Positions 1 to 9,572 of a stretch of 64,000 nucleotides of DNA are shown piece after piece. Every line of letters begins with the position of its first letter. Within the stretch, counting starts at the first letter, position 1. The translations under genes were made by a program, and so were the position numbers. The notes under the pieces were generated by a model that saw only the letters and a list, made by a program, of their open reading frames with translations, did no database searches and was not told the origin of the DNA. Where the stretch lies: NCBI GenBank assembly GCA_965243045.1, contig CBDETR010000004.1, forward strand, positions 1,207,985-1,271,984, in the 5' to 3' direction. This DNA comes from Alphaproteobacteria bacterium. GTDB taxonomy: Bacteria; Pseudomonadota; Alphaproteobacteria; JABAAW01; JAHZMA01.

Positions 1-327
1 TGGGGAAATTTAGGCGCGTCACAATTAAAAAGCACAAGGAAAATAGCCATCATCGGGGATATGTTGGAATTAGGCAAAGATGAGATTTCCTATCATCAGC
101 AACTATTTGATGCGTGTATAAAGCTAGATAAGGTGCATGTGGTAGGCACGTGTATGAAAGAATTATATGATTTATTGCCTCCGCAAAAACAGGGTATTTG
201 TGCAAAGGATGCGAGGGGGCTTGCAGAGGCTTTACTGCCTATGATAAATAAAAATGATACTGTGATGGTGAAGGGCTCCGCCAGCATGAATATGAAAGAA
301 ATTGTCGCCTTATTAACAGGTGCATGA
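1..327 (+). CDS. murF: UDP-N-acetylmuramoyl-tripeptide--D-alanyl-D-alanine ligase MurF (3' part; 5' end lies outside the window)
   Basis: The open frame runs from position 1 with no stop and ends TGA at 325-327. The translation (...IIGDMLELGKDEISYHQQLF...VMVKGSASMNMKEIVALL) matches the MurF C-terminal domain. It sits directly upstream of mraY, as in canonical dcw clusters. Confidence 0.8.
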   Translation, partial: WGNLGASQLKSTRKIAIIGDMLELGKDEISYHQQLFDACIKLDKVHVVGTCMKELYDLLPPQKQGICAKDARGLAEALLPMINKNDTVMVKGSASMNMKEIVALLTGA

Positions 328-339
328 AGGGTTTAGCAG

Positions 340-1419
340 ATGTTCGCATATCTTAGTCAATATTCAGAATTAACGATTTTCTTTAATTTATTTCGTTACA
401 TTACTTTTAGAAGTGGTGGTGCTTTTATCACCGCTTTGGTGCTTTGTTTCATCATTGGCGGTCCGCTGATTGAATGGCTGAAAAAGAAGCAACATGGCGT
501 GAATAATGTGCGCGAAGATGTGCCTGAACAACATTTCAAGAAAATTGGCACCCCCACGATGGGCGGGTTGATGATTTTAATTTCATTGCTTGTTAGCACA
601 TTATTATGGGCGGATTTAAGCAATCATTATATCTGGATGATTTTGGTGTTAACAGCAGGTTTTGGGTTGATTGGTTTTGTGGATGATGTCATGAAAATTA
701 AAGGCAATCGCAAGGGCGTGTCGGGTCGCATCAGATTGCAGGTAGAATTTTTACTGGCGATGGCAGTATGTATCTGGCTTGCGCATATGTCTAGCCCGGG
801 GCTTGCAAATCATCTTGCACTGCCTTTCTTGAAAAATATATTATTTGATTTGAGTTGGTTTTACGTTATTTTTGCAGGTTTTGTGATTGTGGGTACAGCG
901 AATGCGGTTAATTTAACCGATGGGCTTGATGGGCTTGCCATCGGACCTGCCATCATTGCGACTGCTTGCTTTGGAATTATTGTTTATTTGGTAGGGCATA
1001 GTGTATATGCGGTATATTTAGGCGTTCCGTTTATTTTAGGCACGGGTGAATTGGCGGTATTTTGCGCTGCATTGATGGGTGGTTCGTTAGGGTTTTTATG
1101 GTTTAACGCACCCCCTGCCAAAATCTTTATGGGGGATACAGGCTCGCTTTCCATTGGCAGTGCATTGGGTGGGCTTGCGGTGCTAAGCAAGCACGAAATT
1201 GTGCTGATGATTATTGGTGGCTTGTTTGTGCTAGAAACTGTTTCGGTGATTATTCAGGTGATTTCCTTTAAGTTGATTGGCAAAAGAGTGTTTGCGATGG
1301 CACCTTTGCATCATCATTTTGAGAAAAAAGGCTGGCATGAATCTACCATTGTGGTAAGGTTTTGGATTATTGCCGTGATTATGGGCTTTATTGGGCTTGC
1401 AACATTGAAGTTACGCTAA
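340..1419 (+). CDS. mraY: phospho-N-acetylmuramoyl-pentapeptide transferase MraY
   Basis: 359 aa polytopic membrane protein carrying the conserved MraY motifs (NAVNLTDGLDGLA, HHHFE). It follows murF in the dcw order. Confidence 0.95.
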   Translation: MFAYLSQYSELTIFFNLFRYITFRSGGAFITALVLCFIIGGPLIEWLKKKQHGVNNVREDVPEQHFKKIGTPTMGGLMILISLLVSTLLWADLSNHYIWMILVLTAGFGLIGFVDDVMKIKGNRKGVSGRIRLQVEFLLAMAVCIWLAHMSSPGLANHLALPFLKNILFDLSWFYVIFAGFVIVGTANAVNLTDGLDGLAIGPAIIATACFGIIVYLVGHSVYAVYLGVPFILGTGELAVFCAALMGGSLGFLWFNAPPAKIFMGDTGSLSIGSALGGLAVLSKHEIVLMIIGGLFVLETVSVIIQVISFKLIGKRVFAMAPLHHHFEKKGWHESTIVVRFWIIAVIMGFIGLATLKLR

Positions 1420-1433
1420 GCTAAGGAGTTATT

Positions 1434-2936
1434 GTGACGATAGATTTGCCTTCATGGGGGGGCAAAAGAGTGCTGGTTGCAGGGCTAGGCATAAGTGGCT
1501 GTGCGGCAGTGGAAGCCTTGCTAACAAGTGGTGCCAAAGTTAGCGTTTGGGACGATAATCAAGAATTAATGCAAGAAGTATCACGCCATTATGCGGTGCA
1601 GATGCTTGATATTTATGTTGTGGCACAATGGCATCAGCTTGATGCGTGTTTGCCCGCCCCTGGTATCAAACCCAATCATTTGCTTTTTTCACGTGCCAAT
1701 CTTGCCGATTGTCAAATCATCAGTGATATTGATTTATTACAGCAAGCCGTGTTGCATAAGGGGTGTCGGTTTATTGGCATCACTGGCACAAATGGCAAAT
1801 CTACAACAACAGCGTTGATTAATCATATTTTAAATCATGCAGGGCGCAAAGCGGTTGCAGGGGGCAATATTGGAGATGCGGCATTGGGGCTTCCCATGCT
1901 GGGCAAGGATGATTATTATGTATTAGAGCTTTCATCTTACCAACTTCATCATATGAAAAATAGCCGATTTCATGCCGCGGTTTTATTAAATATTTCGCCC
2001 GACCATTTGGCGTATCATGGCACCATGCAAGATTATATCAATTCAAAGTTTAAGATTTTTGCATGGCAAGAAAAAGAAGATATGGCAATTGTTGGTATTA
2101 GCACCGAAGCAGGGCATGCGGTGGCAGGTGCGCTTTATGATTATAATTACCAACAATTACAATTATTTTCTGGCTTGATGCGGGTTTCCAATGGAATTTT
2201 CTGGGAAGTGGATGCGCTATGGCGGGTTGAAGAAATCATTTCAGAAACAGGTGAGGAGCTTCCCGGCACGGCTGAGAAAATATTAAATTTGCGTGATTAT
2301 CCGCATTTCAGTGGCAGGCATAATGCTGAAAATATTGCCGCCGCATGGGCTGTTTGCAATGCAGAAGGTATCGCTGATGAGAAAATTATTTCTGCCCTTG
2401 CCGATTTTACAGGGTTGAAACATCGGCAAGAATATATCGGGCATATCGGCAATATCCATTTTGTGAATGATAGCAAGGCAACCAATATAGAGGCAACGCA
2501 AATGGCGCTTTCGCTTTATCCTAATATTTACTGGTTGGCAGGGGGGCAAATTAAAGATGAGCCTCATCGACAATTATTAGAATATATCGGTAATATCAAA
2601 GCAGGTTTTTTTTATGGTCAAGGGGCAGAAAAATTTCACAAGATTTTTTCATCGGTATGTCCTTCGCAAAAATGTGAAACATTGGAACAAGCTTTAGCTT
2701 TGGCATTTCAACAGGCGCAAATTGATTGCGAGGCATCGCCAGATATGCTTGCAACCATTTTGTTGGCTCCGGCGGCGGCTTCATTTGACCAATTTAAGAG
2801 TTTTGAGCATCGGGGTGATTGCTTTATTGAACAGGTGGAAAAATTACATGATGCGTTGGCGTTGGCGTCAGAGAAAGCCCAAATGAAAGCCAAAGAGAGA
2901 GCCAAAGAGAGAGGTGATAAAAATGAAAGTGCCTGA
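1434..2936 (+). CDS. murD: UDP-N-acetylmuramoylalanine--D-glutamate ligase MurD, with a Lys/Glu/Arg-rich C-terminal tail
   Basis: Has the GITGTNGKSTT P-loop and Mur ligase central and C-terminal domains. The roughly 500 aa length includes a KAQMKAKERAKERGDK tail that overlaps the ftsW start. Confidence 0.9.
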   Translation: MTIDLPSWGGKRVLVAGLGISGCAAVEALLTSGAKVSVWDDNQELMQEVSRHYAVQMLDIYVVAQWHQLDACLPAPGIKPNHLLFSRANLADCQIISDIDLLQQAVLHKGCRFIGITGTNGKSTTTALINHILNHAGRKAVAGGNIGDAALGLPMLGKDDYYVLELSSYQLHHMKNSRFHAAVLLNISPDHLAYHGTMQDYINSKFKIFAWQEKEDMAIVGISTEAGHAVAGALYDYNYQQLQLFSGLMRVSNGIFWEVDALWRVEEIISETGEELPGTAEKILNLRDYPHFSGRHNAENIAAAWAVCNAEGIADEKIISALADFTGLKHRQEYIGHIGNIHFVNDSKATNIEATQMALSLYPNIYWLAGGQIKDEPHRQLLEYIGNIKAGFFYGQGAEKFHKIFSSVCPSQKCETLEQALALAFQQAQIDCEASPDMLATILLAPAAASFDQFKSFEHRGDCFIEQVEKLHDALALASEKAQMKAKERAKERGDKNESA

Positions 2937-4098
2937 ACCCTTGCGCGATTGGTTTATAGAATTAGACCGTTGGAGCTTGATGATGCTGTTTATGCTGATT
3001 GTGATGGGCGTGGTTATGAGCTTTTCAGTCTCGCCTGAAGTGGCGGTGCGGTTAAAAATACCGCCTTATTATTTAGCAATCAAGCATCTGGTTTTTGCGA
3101 GTTTAAGTTTATGTGTGTTGCTGTTTATTTCATTTTGTAACAGTAGAATGATTAAACGTATCGCAGTTTATATGTTGCTTGCTAGTTTTTTGATGCTGAT
3201 AATTGTCAATTTTTGGGGGGAAAGTTTTAACGGCTCGCATCGTTGGTTGCGGTTTCTTGGGCTAACCATTCAACCCTCAGAATTTGTAAAACCTTCTTTT
3301 GCGATTGTTTCTGCATGGTTGCTTGCTATGCAAAGTAAGGGCGAGCCTATCCCCGGCATCAGCATCATTTGGTTTATTTATATTGTATTTATTGGGCTGT
3401 TGATGTTGCAACCTGATGTGGGGCAAAGTATTTTTCTAACCATGATTTTTCTGGTGCAATGGTTTGTTGCCGGCATGCCGATTATCTATTTGCTATTATG
3501 GGTGAGTGTTGTATTGTTTGGTTTGGTAACGGCTTATTTGATTTTTCCGCATGTCACCGATAGAATTCAAGGATTTTTTTCTGGCAGTGACCAATATTCA
3601 CAAGTGAATTTATCGCTAAAAGCCTTTCAAGAAGGCGGTTTCTTGGGCGAAGGCTTGGGTGGTGGTAACTTAAAAAGCTATTTATTTGATGCACAAAGCG
3701 ATTTTGTTTTTGCGGTATTGGGTGAAGAATTAGGCATTCTTGCCTGTATTCTGGTGCTGATATGCTATGCTTTTATTGCGTTACGCAGTATATTGCGAAC
3801 ATTGGGGCATCATGATTTGTTCGTGGTGCTAGCATTGGCAGGCTTGGTGATTCAATTTGCGGGGCAGGTATGGGTGAATGTTGGCTCGGTGGTAGGAATT
3901 ATCCCCCCGAAAGGCACAACATTACCGTTTATTTCATCGGGCGGTACGGCAATGTTGGCGATAAGTTTTGCAATGGGAGTGGTGTTATCTTTGGGAAGGT
4001 TGCCTAAAGATGCGGTTGTGGTTACAACTGAAAAAACCAAAGATGATATTGATATTGAACCGCCATCTCAGATGATACGGATTACGGCAGAAGGTTAG
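2914..4098 (+). CDS. ftsW: peptidoglycan glycosyltransferase / lipid II flippase FtsW (SEDS family)
   Basis: 394 aa, about 10 TM segments, with SEDS motifs (PSEF, GSDF.F, GGTAM). Its position between murD and murG fits the dcw order. Confidence 0.9.
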   Translation: MIKMKVPEPLRDWFIELDRWSLMMLFMLIVMGVVMSFSVSPEVAVRLKIPPYYLAIKHLVFASLSLCVLLFISFCNSRMIKRIAVYMLLASFLMLIIVNFWGESFNGSHRWLRFLGLTIQPSEFVKPSFAIVSAWLLAMQSKGEPIPGISIIWFIYIVFIGLLMLQPDVGQSIFLTMIFLVQWFVAGMPIIYLLLWVSVVLFGLVTAYLIFPHVTDRIQGFFSGSDQYSQVNLSLKAFQEGGFLGEGLGGGNLKSYLFDAQSDFVFAVLGEELGILACILVLICYAFIALRSILRTLGHHDLFVVLALAGLVIQFAGQVWVNVGSVVGIIPPKGTTLPFISSGGTAMLAISFAMGVVLSLGRLPKDAVVVTTEKTKDDIDIEPPSQMIRITAEG

Positions 4099-4108
4099 TG
4101 AAGTAAGC

Positions 4109-5248
4109 ATGGCAAAAGAAAAGAAATATAAAGCATCGGTGATGTTGGCAACAGGCGGCACAGCAGGGCATGTGTTTCCGGCGGTTGCATTGGCGCGCTT
4201 GTTGCAACAATCATCGCCTGAAATCAAATTATCAGTGGTGACGGATAAGCGTGGCGATTTTAAGATGGGCATTGATGATGTGCCATCGCCTGATATTTAT
4301 CATATTCATGCCGCAGGTATTGTGGGGCGGAACCCTCGGCAAATGATGGTGGCGGGTTTTAAGTTATTGGCTGGCTTGTTACAATCATTAAGATTGTTGC
4401 ATAAAGTGCGCCCTGATATGGTGATTGGTTTTGGCGGTTATTCATCGCTACCAAGTATGTTTGCGGCTAATTTACTTAAATATCCGACGATGATTCACGA
4501 GCAAAATGCACAATTAGGGCGGACAAATCGTTTGCTAGCACCGGGAATGAATTATATTGCGACTGCTTTTGAGGTCACAGATGCCATTCCTGAATCATCG
4601 CGTGGGCAGGTGAATTGGACAGGCAATCCGGTGCGTGCCGAAATTATTGCTTGTGCGAATAGCCCGTACCCTGCTTTGACGAAAAAAGGTAAAATTACGA
4701 TTGTTATTCTTGGTGGTTCGCAAGGTGCGTTGGCGTTGGGTGAAAAAATTCCTGCTGGTTTGGCAATTCTGCCCGATGAATTAAAAAACCGTTTGGTTGT
4801 TTATCATCAGGTGCGCGCGGAACAAATTGATAAGGTAAAGAAATTTTACAAACGCAATAAAATTGACGCCCATATTGAAACTTTCTTTCAAGATGTGGCA
4901 AGTTTAATGGTAAAAGCGCATCTAATTATTTGCCGTTCGGGTGCGGCAACTTTGGCAGAAATTACCACTATTGGCAGACCCGCGATTTTTATTCCTTACC
5001 CTTTTGCGGCTGATGACCATCAAAGCACGAATGCAGAGCGTATTTCTGATGCAGGGGGTGGCTGGATTATCCCGCAAAGTGACTTAAATAGTGAAAGTCT
5101 GTTAAGAATTTTGAATGATTTATTAAACAACCCTTATCGCCTGAAAGTGGCAGCTGAATGTGCGGTAAAATTGGGGAATGTTCAAGCGGCAGAAAGTATG
5201 GTTCATCTGGTGCAAGAATATTTAGCAACTAAAGTGAAAAGCGAATAA
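4109..5248 (+). CDS. murG: UDP-N-acetylglucosamine--N-acetylmuramyl-(pentapeptide) pyrophosphoryl-undecaprenol N-acetylglucosamine transferase MurG
   Basis: 379 aa. The N-terminal GGTAGHVFPA and C-terminal GAATLAEI motifs are typical of MurG (GT28). Confidence 0.9.
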   Translation: MAKEKKYKASVMLATGGTAGHVFPAVALARLLQQSSPEIKLSVVTDKRGDFKMGIDDVPSPDIYHIHAAGIVGRNPRQMMVAGFKLLAGLLQSLRLLHKVRPDMVIGFGGYSSLPSMFAANLLKYPTMIHEQNAQLGRTNRLLAPGMNYIATAFEVTDAIPESSRGQVNWTGNPVRAEIIACANSPYPALTKKGKITIVILGGSQGALALGEKIPAGLAILPDELKNRLVVYHQVRAEQIDKVKKFYKRNKIDAHIETFFQDVASLMVKAHLIICRSGAATLAEITTIGRPAIFIPYPFAADDHQSTNAERISDAGGGWIIPQSDLNSESLLRILNDLLNNPYRLKVAAECAVKLGNVQAAESMVHLVQEYLATKVKSE

Positions 5249-5258
5249 AGGAGATAAG

Positions 5259-6704
5259 ATGCTTGATTTTCCTAATCAATCTATGGTGATTCATTTGGTG
5301 GGTATTGGCGGTATCGGCATGTCGGGTATTGCTGAATTAATGCACCATCTGGGTTGTAAAATTCAAGGTTCGGATATTGCTGAAAATGCCAATGTAGAAC
5401 GGTTGCGTAAGGCGGGTATCAAGGTGATGATTGGTCATGATGCGTCGAATGTTAAAGGGGCTGGGGTGTTGGTGATTTCTTCGGCTGTGCAGGCTGATAA
5501 TTCTGAAATTATTGCGGCGCGTTCGCATCATATTCCCGTGATTAAGCGCGCGGAAATGCTGGCTGAATTGATGCGATTAAAAAAATCTGTTGCCATTGGT
5601 GGCACGCACGGCAAAACCACAACAACCTCTATTGTGGGGGCAATGTTTGAGATGGCAGGGTGCGACCCGACCGTGATTAATGGCGGTATTATCAATCGCT
5701 ATGGCACCAATACGCGCACAGGGGAAGGCGAATGGCTGATTGCAGAGGCTGATGAAAGCGATGGCAGTTTTACGCAATTACCTGCCAGTATTGTGGTGGT
5801 TACCAATATTGACCCTGAGCATATGGAATATTATGGCAATTTTGATAATTTGAAAAAGGCGTTTCGTCAGTTTATTCATAATGTGCCTTTTTATGGTTTT
5901 GCCGTGTTATGTGCCGACCATAAAGATGTGTTAAGCGTGATGGCGCAGATTACCGATAGACGTATGATTACTTATGGTTTTTCGCCTCAATCGATGGTGC
6001 GTGGCACGAATGTGCGAACCGAAACTGAAGGCATGTGGTTTGATGTTGAAGCGAGCTTAAATTCGCCCGCAAACCCCAATCATAAGCAAGCGATTATTTT
6101 GAAAGAATTATTTTTGCCTGTGCATGGTGAGTATAACGTCAGTAACGCGTTAGCGGCGATTGCCATAGGGCTAGAATGCGGGTTTTCGCATCAGGCGATT
6201 GCAGAAACATTGCGTAACTTTAGTGGTGTCCGCCGTCGTTTCACCCATACAGGCACAGTCAAGAATATAAAAATTATTGATGATTATGGGCATCACCCAG
6301 TGGAAATTCGTGCCGTGCTTAAAACGGCAAGGCAAATTTGTAACGGCACATTGATTGCAATTGTGCAACCGCACCGTTATTCGCGTTTGCATGATTTGTT
6401 TAATGATTTTCAAACGGCATTCCATGATGCTGATGTTGTTTTGATTGCTGATGTTTATGCCGCAGGGGAACAGCCGATTGAAGGTGCTGATAAAAATACT
6501 TTGGCAGAAGCTGCCACACAAGCAGGGCATAAGCAAGCATTGCCATTATCATCACCTGATGATTTGGCAAAAATTGTGGCAGATTTGCTGGTAGAAGAAG
6601 ATTTGGAAAATGATGAAGCGCAACATATGGTCGTGCTATTAGGTGCAGGCTCAAGCACGCAATGGGCGTATCAACTGCCTGATGAATTGAAAAAATTGCT
6701 ATGA
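5259..6704 (+). CDS. murC: UDP-N-acetylmuramate--L-alanine ligase MurC
   Basis: 481 aa with N-terminal HLVGIGGIGMSGIAE and a GTHGKTTTT P-loop, as in the MurC family. Confidence 0.95.
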   Translation: MLDFPNQSMVIHLVGIGGIGMSGIAELMHHLGCKIQGSDIAENANVERLRKAGIKVMIGHDASNVKGAGVLVISSAVQADNSEIIAARSHHIPVIKRAEMLAELMRLKKSVAIGGTHGKTTTTSIVGAMFEMAGCDPTVINGGIINRYGTNTRTGEGEWLIAEADESDGSFTQLPASIVVVTNIDPEHMEYYGNFDNLKKAFRQFIHNVPFYGFAVLCADHKDVLSVMAQITDRRMITYGFSPQSMVRGTNVRTETEGMWFDVEASLNSPANPNHKQAIILKELFLPVHGEYNVSNALAAIAIGLECGFSHQAIAETLRNFSGVRRRFTHTGTVKNIKIIDDYGHHPVEIRAVLKTARQICNGTLIAIVQPHRYSRLHDLFNDFQTAFHDADVVLIADVYAAGEQPIEGADKNTLAEAATQAGHKQALPLSSPDDLAKIVADLLVEEDLENDEAQHMVVLLGAGSSTQWAYQLPDELKKLL

Positions 6705-7615
6705 GTGAGTGGCATTATCCCAAAGATGCGCTGAATGATTTGCGTGGTGTGGTGCGCGCTGATGAACCTATGGCGAAACATGTTTGGTTTGGTGCTGGTG
6801 GTGCCGCTGATTTATTTTTCATGCCTGAAGATATAACTGATTTACAATCATTCTTGAGTAAAAAGCCTGCTGAAATGCCATTAACGGTGATTGGCATTGG
6901 GTCTAATTTATTGGTACGTGATGGCGGTATTCGGGGGGCGGTGATTTGCATGAGCAGGAAATTCACTCAACTTGATTATAGCGATAATGATGGCTTTATC
7001 AGTGCGGGGGCTGGCGTGCCTGATGTACATTTGGCAAAATTTTCTGCAGAACAATCATGTGAGGGAATGGCATTTTATGCAGGAATTCCCGGCACTGTAG
7101 GCGGTGCAATTATCATGAATGCAGGGGCGCATGGTTCGGATACATCGGAACATTTGCAAGAGGTGGATATTGTCCACGAAGATGGCACATTGCAGACATT
7201 ATCAGCCGATGCGTTAAATTATTCTTATCGGCATTCGGAACTGCCTAGCAATAGTATCGTGGTAACGGCACGGTTTAAAGTAAAAAAAGGTGATATGGAG
7301 ATTGCCAAAGCGAACATTCTTGATATTCAACGTAAGAGGCGTGATACCCAGCCGGTGGGGGTGCGCACAGGCGGTTCTACTTTTAAGAATCCTGAGAATA
7401 ATAGTGCATGGCGATTGATTGACGGGGCAGGTTTGCGGGGGTATCATGTGGGTGATGCGATGATGTCAGAAAAACATTGCAATTTTATGATTAATCAAGG
7501 CAAGGCAAGCGGTGCAGATTTAGAAAATTTGGGCGAATATATCCGCGAGAAAGTTTTCAACCATGCAGGGATTACGCTGGAATGGGAAATTAAAAGATTG
7601 GGGCAGCAGAAATAG
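6701..7615 (+). CDS. murB: UDP-N-acetylenolpyruvoylglucosamine reductase MurB
   Basis: 304 aa with an FAD-binding PCMH-type domain (GAGGAADLFF...GIGSNLLVRD) and a C-terminal MurB domain. Overlaps murC by 4 bp. Confidence 0.9.
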   Translation: MSEWHYPKDALNDLRGVVRADEPMAKHVWFGAGGAADLFFMPEDITDLQSFLSKKPAEMPLTVIGIGSNLLVRDGGIRGAVICMSRKFTQLDYSDNDGFISAGAGVPDVHLAKFSAEQSCEGMAFYAGIPGTVGGAIIMNAGAHGSDTSEHLQEVDIVHEDGTLQTLSADALNYSYRHSELPSNSIVVTARFKVKKGDMEIAKANILDIQRKRRDTQPVGVRTGGSTFKNPENNSAWRLIDGAGLRGYHVGDAMMSEKHCNFMINQGKASGADLENLGEYIREKVFNHAGITLEWEIKRLGQQK

Positions 7616-7629
7616 GCGGGATTAAAACA

Positions 7630-8583
7630 ATGGACAGACAAGATAGGGGTGGTATCAAAATTCTTGTGCTTTCAGGTGGTTGGTCTTCTGAAAGAGAGGT
7701 TTCTCTAGTTTCAGGGCGCAACTGTGCTGATGCGCTGATAAAAACTGGTTGGGATACTGAATTTTATGATTTAAGTGGTACATTGCCTGAATTTATCACT
7801 CATTTAGAAAAGACAAAACCTGATTTGGTTTTTAATGCCTTGCATGGTACTTATGGCGAAGATGGCGCGATTCCGGGTCTGCTTAATATGATGAATATCG
7901 CTTATACCCATTCGGGCATTGCTGCCAGTGCAATGGCAATGGATAAGATGCTTACCAAACAAATTCTTTCTCCGCTTGGCATACAATTTGCTGAAAGTTA
8001 TGCTATCATTGAGTATTCTAATAAATTATCAGAACTCAAGAAAAAATGTCCTATAGAACCGCCTTATGTGCTTAAGCCCATTCGGGAAGGTTCTAGCAGA
8101 GGCATTCACATCATCGGGGTGCACACAGTCCCTGATATGGCGGAGGAAAAAATTATGTGTAAAAGCTATATGGCAGAACGCTATATTGATGGTAAAGAGC
8201 TTACTGTTGCTGTACTTGATGGACATGGTGCATTAGGGGTGACCGAGCTTGTACCCAATCAAGGATTTTATGATTATCACGCAAAATATAATGATGGGGT
8301 TACCACTCATATTTGCCCTGCGAATATTTCATCTGAATTAAAAGAAAAATGTTTAAAGCAAGCGGAAATTGCCCATCAAATATTAGGTTGTGAGCAGATA
8401 AGCCGCTCTGATTTTCGGTATGATGAAGCGAATGATGCGCTTTACTTTTTAGAAATTAATACCCATCCGGGGATGACTGCGCTTTCTTTAGTGCCAGAAC
8501 AGGCTAAATTGCATGATATTGAGTTTCATGATTTATGCGATTTTCTAGTGATAGGCGCGTTAGCAGATAGGAGGGCAGCATGA
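7630..8583 (+). CDS. ddl: D-alanine--D-alanine ligase
   Basis: 317 aa ATP-grasp protein (ALHGTYGEDGAIPGLL, EINTHPGMT) located between murB and ftsQ. Confidence 0.9.
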   Translation: MDRQDRGGIKILVLSGGWSSEREVSLVSGRNCADALIKTGWDTEFYDLSGTLPEFITHLEKTKPDLVFNALHGTYGEDGAIPGLLNMMNIAYTHSGIAASAMAMDKMLTKQILSPLGIQFAESYAIIEYSNKLSELKKKCPIEPPYVLKPIREGSSRGIHIIGVHTVPDMAEEKIMCKSYMAERYIDGKELTVAVLDGHGALGVTELVPNQGFYDYHAKYNDGVTTHICPANISSELKEKCLKQAEIAHQILGCEQISRSDFRYDEANDALYFLEINTHPGMTALSLVPEQAKLHDIEFHDLCDFLVIGALADRRAA

Positions 8584-9548
8584 TTAAGATTGCCCGTGAG
8601 GATTACGATGCCCGTGAGGATGCCCGTGAGGATTATGAAGATACGCAAGGTGATGAGTTAGAGCATGTGCCAATGGCATCTGATGGTGATGAATCTGATA
8701 GTAATGATTCGATTCCTAGCACGCCTCATAAAAATGCGAATACCCCTAATATGAATACCCCCAATACGCCTCTCAATCATTCGATGAATAGAGCTACTCA
8801 GCCACGCTGGCAATTTTTCAAGAAGCTTTTGGTATGGATGATTGGTTGCTTGGTAACAGGTTGGATTTTTTGGGGCAGTGGTTTTTTTACAATCACGAAA
8901 TATACTGGTTTGGGGCTTCAAGATGTTCAGCTTTACAATTTAGCAAAAACCAACCGTGATGAATTATTAGCCACGATTGATTTACAATTAGGGGAATCGA
9001 TTTTTGCTGTGAATTTGCAGGCAACGAAAAAACTGATTGATGATTTGCCATGGGTAGAGCAAAGCCATATTGTCCGCGTGCTTCCGGGCAGTTTGCATAT
9101 TTATGTAACCGAACATCGCCCAACGGCAATTTGGCAAAATCAGGGTCAAAAGATTTTGGTTGCTCATGATGGTAGTCCGATTGGTGGCATAGAAAAATTC
9201 ACTAATTACGAGGATTTACCTGTTATTACGGGTGAGCGCGCGCCTGAATCATTTTATTTATTGCAAACCATTTTAGAATCTTACCCTGAATTACAACAAT
9301 CATTGCGGGGTGCAAAAATTTCACGGGCATCGCGTTGGAGTATTTATCTGGATAATGGCACATTGGTTCATTTGCCAGCACAAAATATTGATGAAGCTTT
9401 TAGTCGATTGCGTTGGTTAGATAAGGAATTTCAAGTTTTGTCTTTTAAGACTTCGGTGATTGATTTGCGGACGCAAGATAGGGCAATCATCGGTAATAAT
9501 GTGCCTGCAGTGGCTTTAAAACAGGGCGTAAACGCCTCATCATCATAG
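8580..9548 (+). CDS. ftsQ: cell division protein FtsQ, with an acidic, repeat-containing N-terminal extension
   Basis: 322 aa with a single TM segment (LLVWMIGCLVTGWIFWG) followed by POTRA/FtsQ-like periplasmic domains. The dcw position fits. The first ~90 residues are acidic low-complexity sequence that includes an (ARED) tandem repeat. Confidence 0.8.
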   Translation: MIKIAREDYDAREDAREDYEDTQGDELEHVPMASDGDESDSNDSIPSTPHKNANTPNMNTPNTPLNHSMNRATQPRWQFFKKLLVWMIGCLVTGWIFWGSGFFTITKYTGLGLQDVQLYNLAKTNRDELLATIDLQLGESIFAVNLQATKKLIDDLPWVEQSHIVRVLPGSLHIYVTEHRPTAIWQNQGQKILVAHDGSPIGGIEKFTNYEDLPVITGERAPESFYLLQTILESYPELQQSLRGAKISRASRWSIYLDNGTLVHLPAQNIDEAFSRLRWLDKEFQVLSFKTSVIDLRTQDRAIIGNNVPAVALKQGVNASSS

Positions 9549-9572
9549 TCTGATAAGAAAAGGGAAGGGAAA

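Noticed and set aside
1591-1818. Various 60-120-aa ORFs nested inside or antisense to the dcw, ilv, tldD and oxidoreductase genes (e.g. 1591-1818, 6171-6536, 10379-10756, 16331-16600, 17825-18157, 56462-56716)
   Set aside because: They lie wholly within much longer, well-supported CDSs and have no independent translation signals, so they are treated as six-frame noise.
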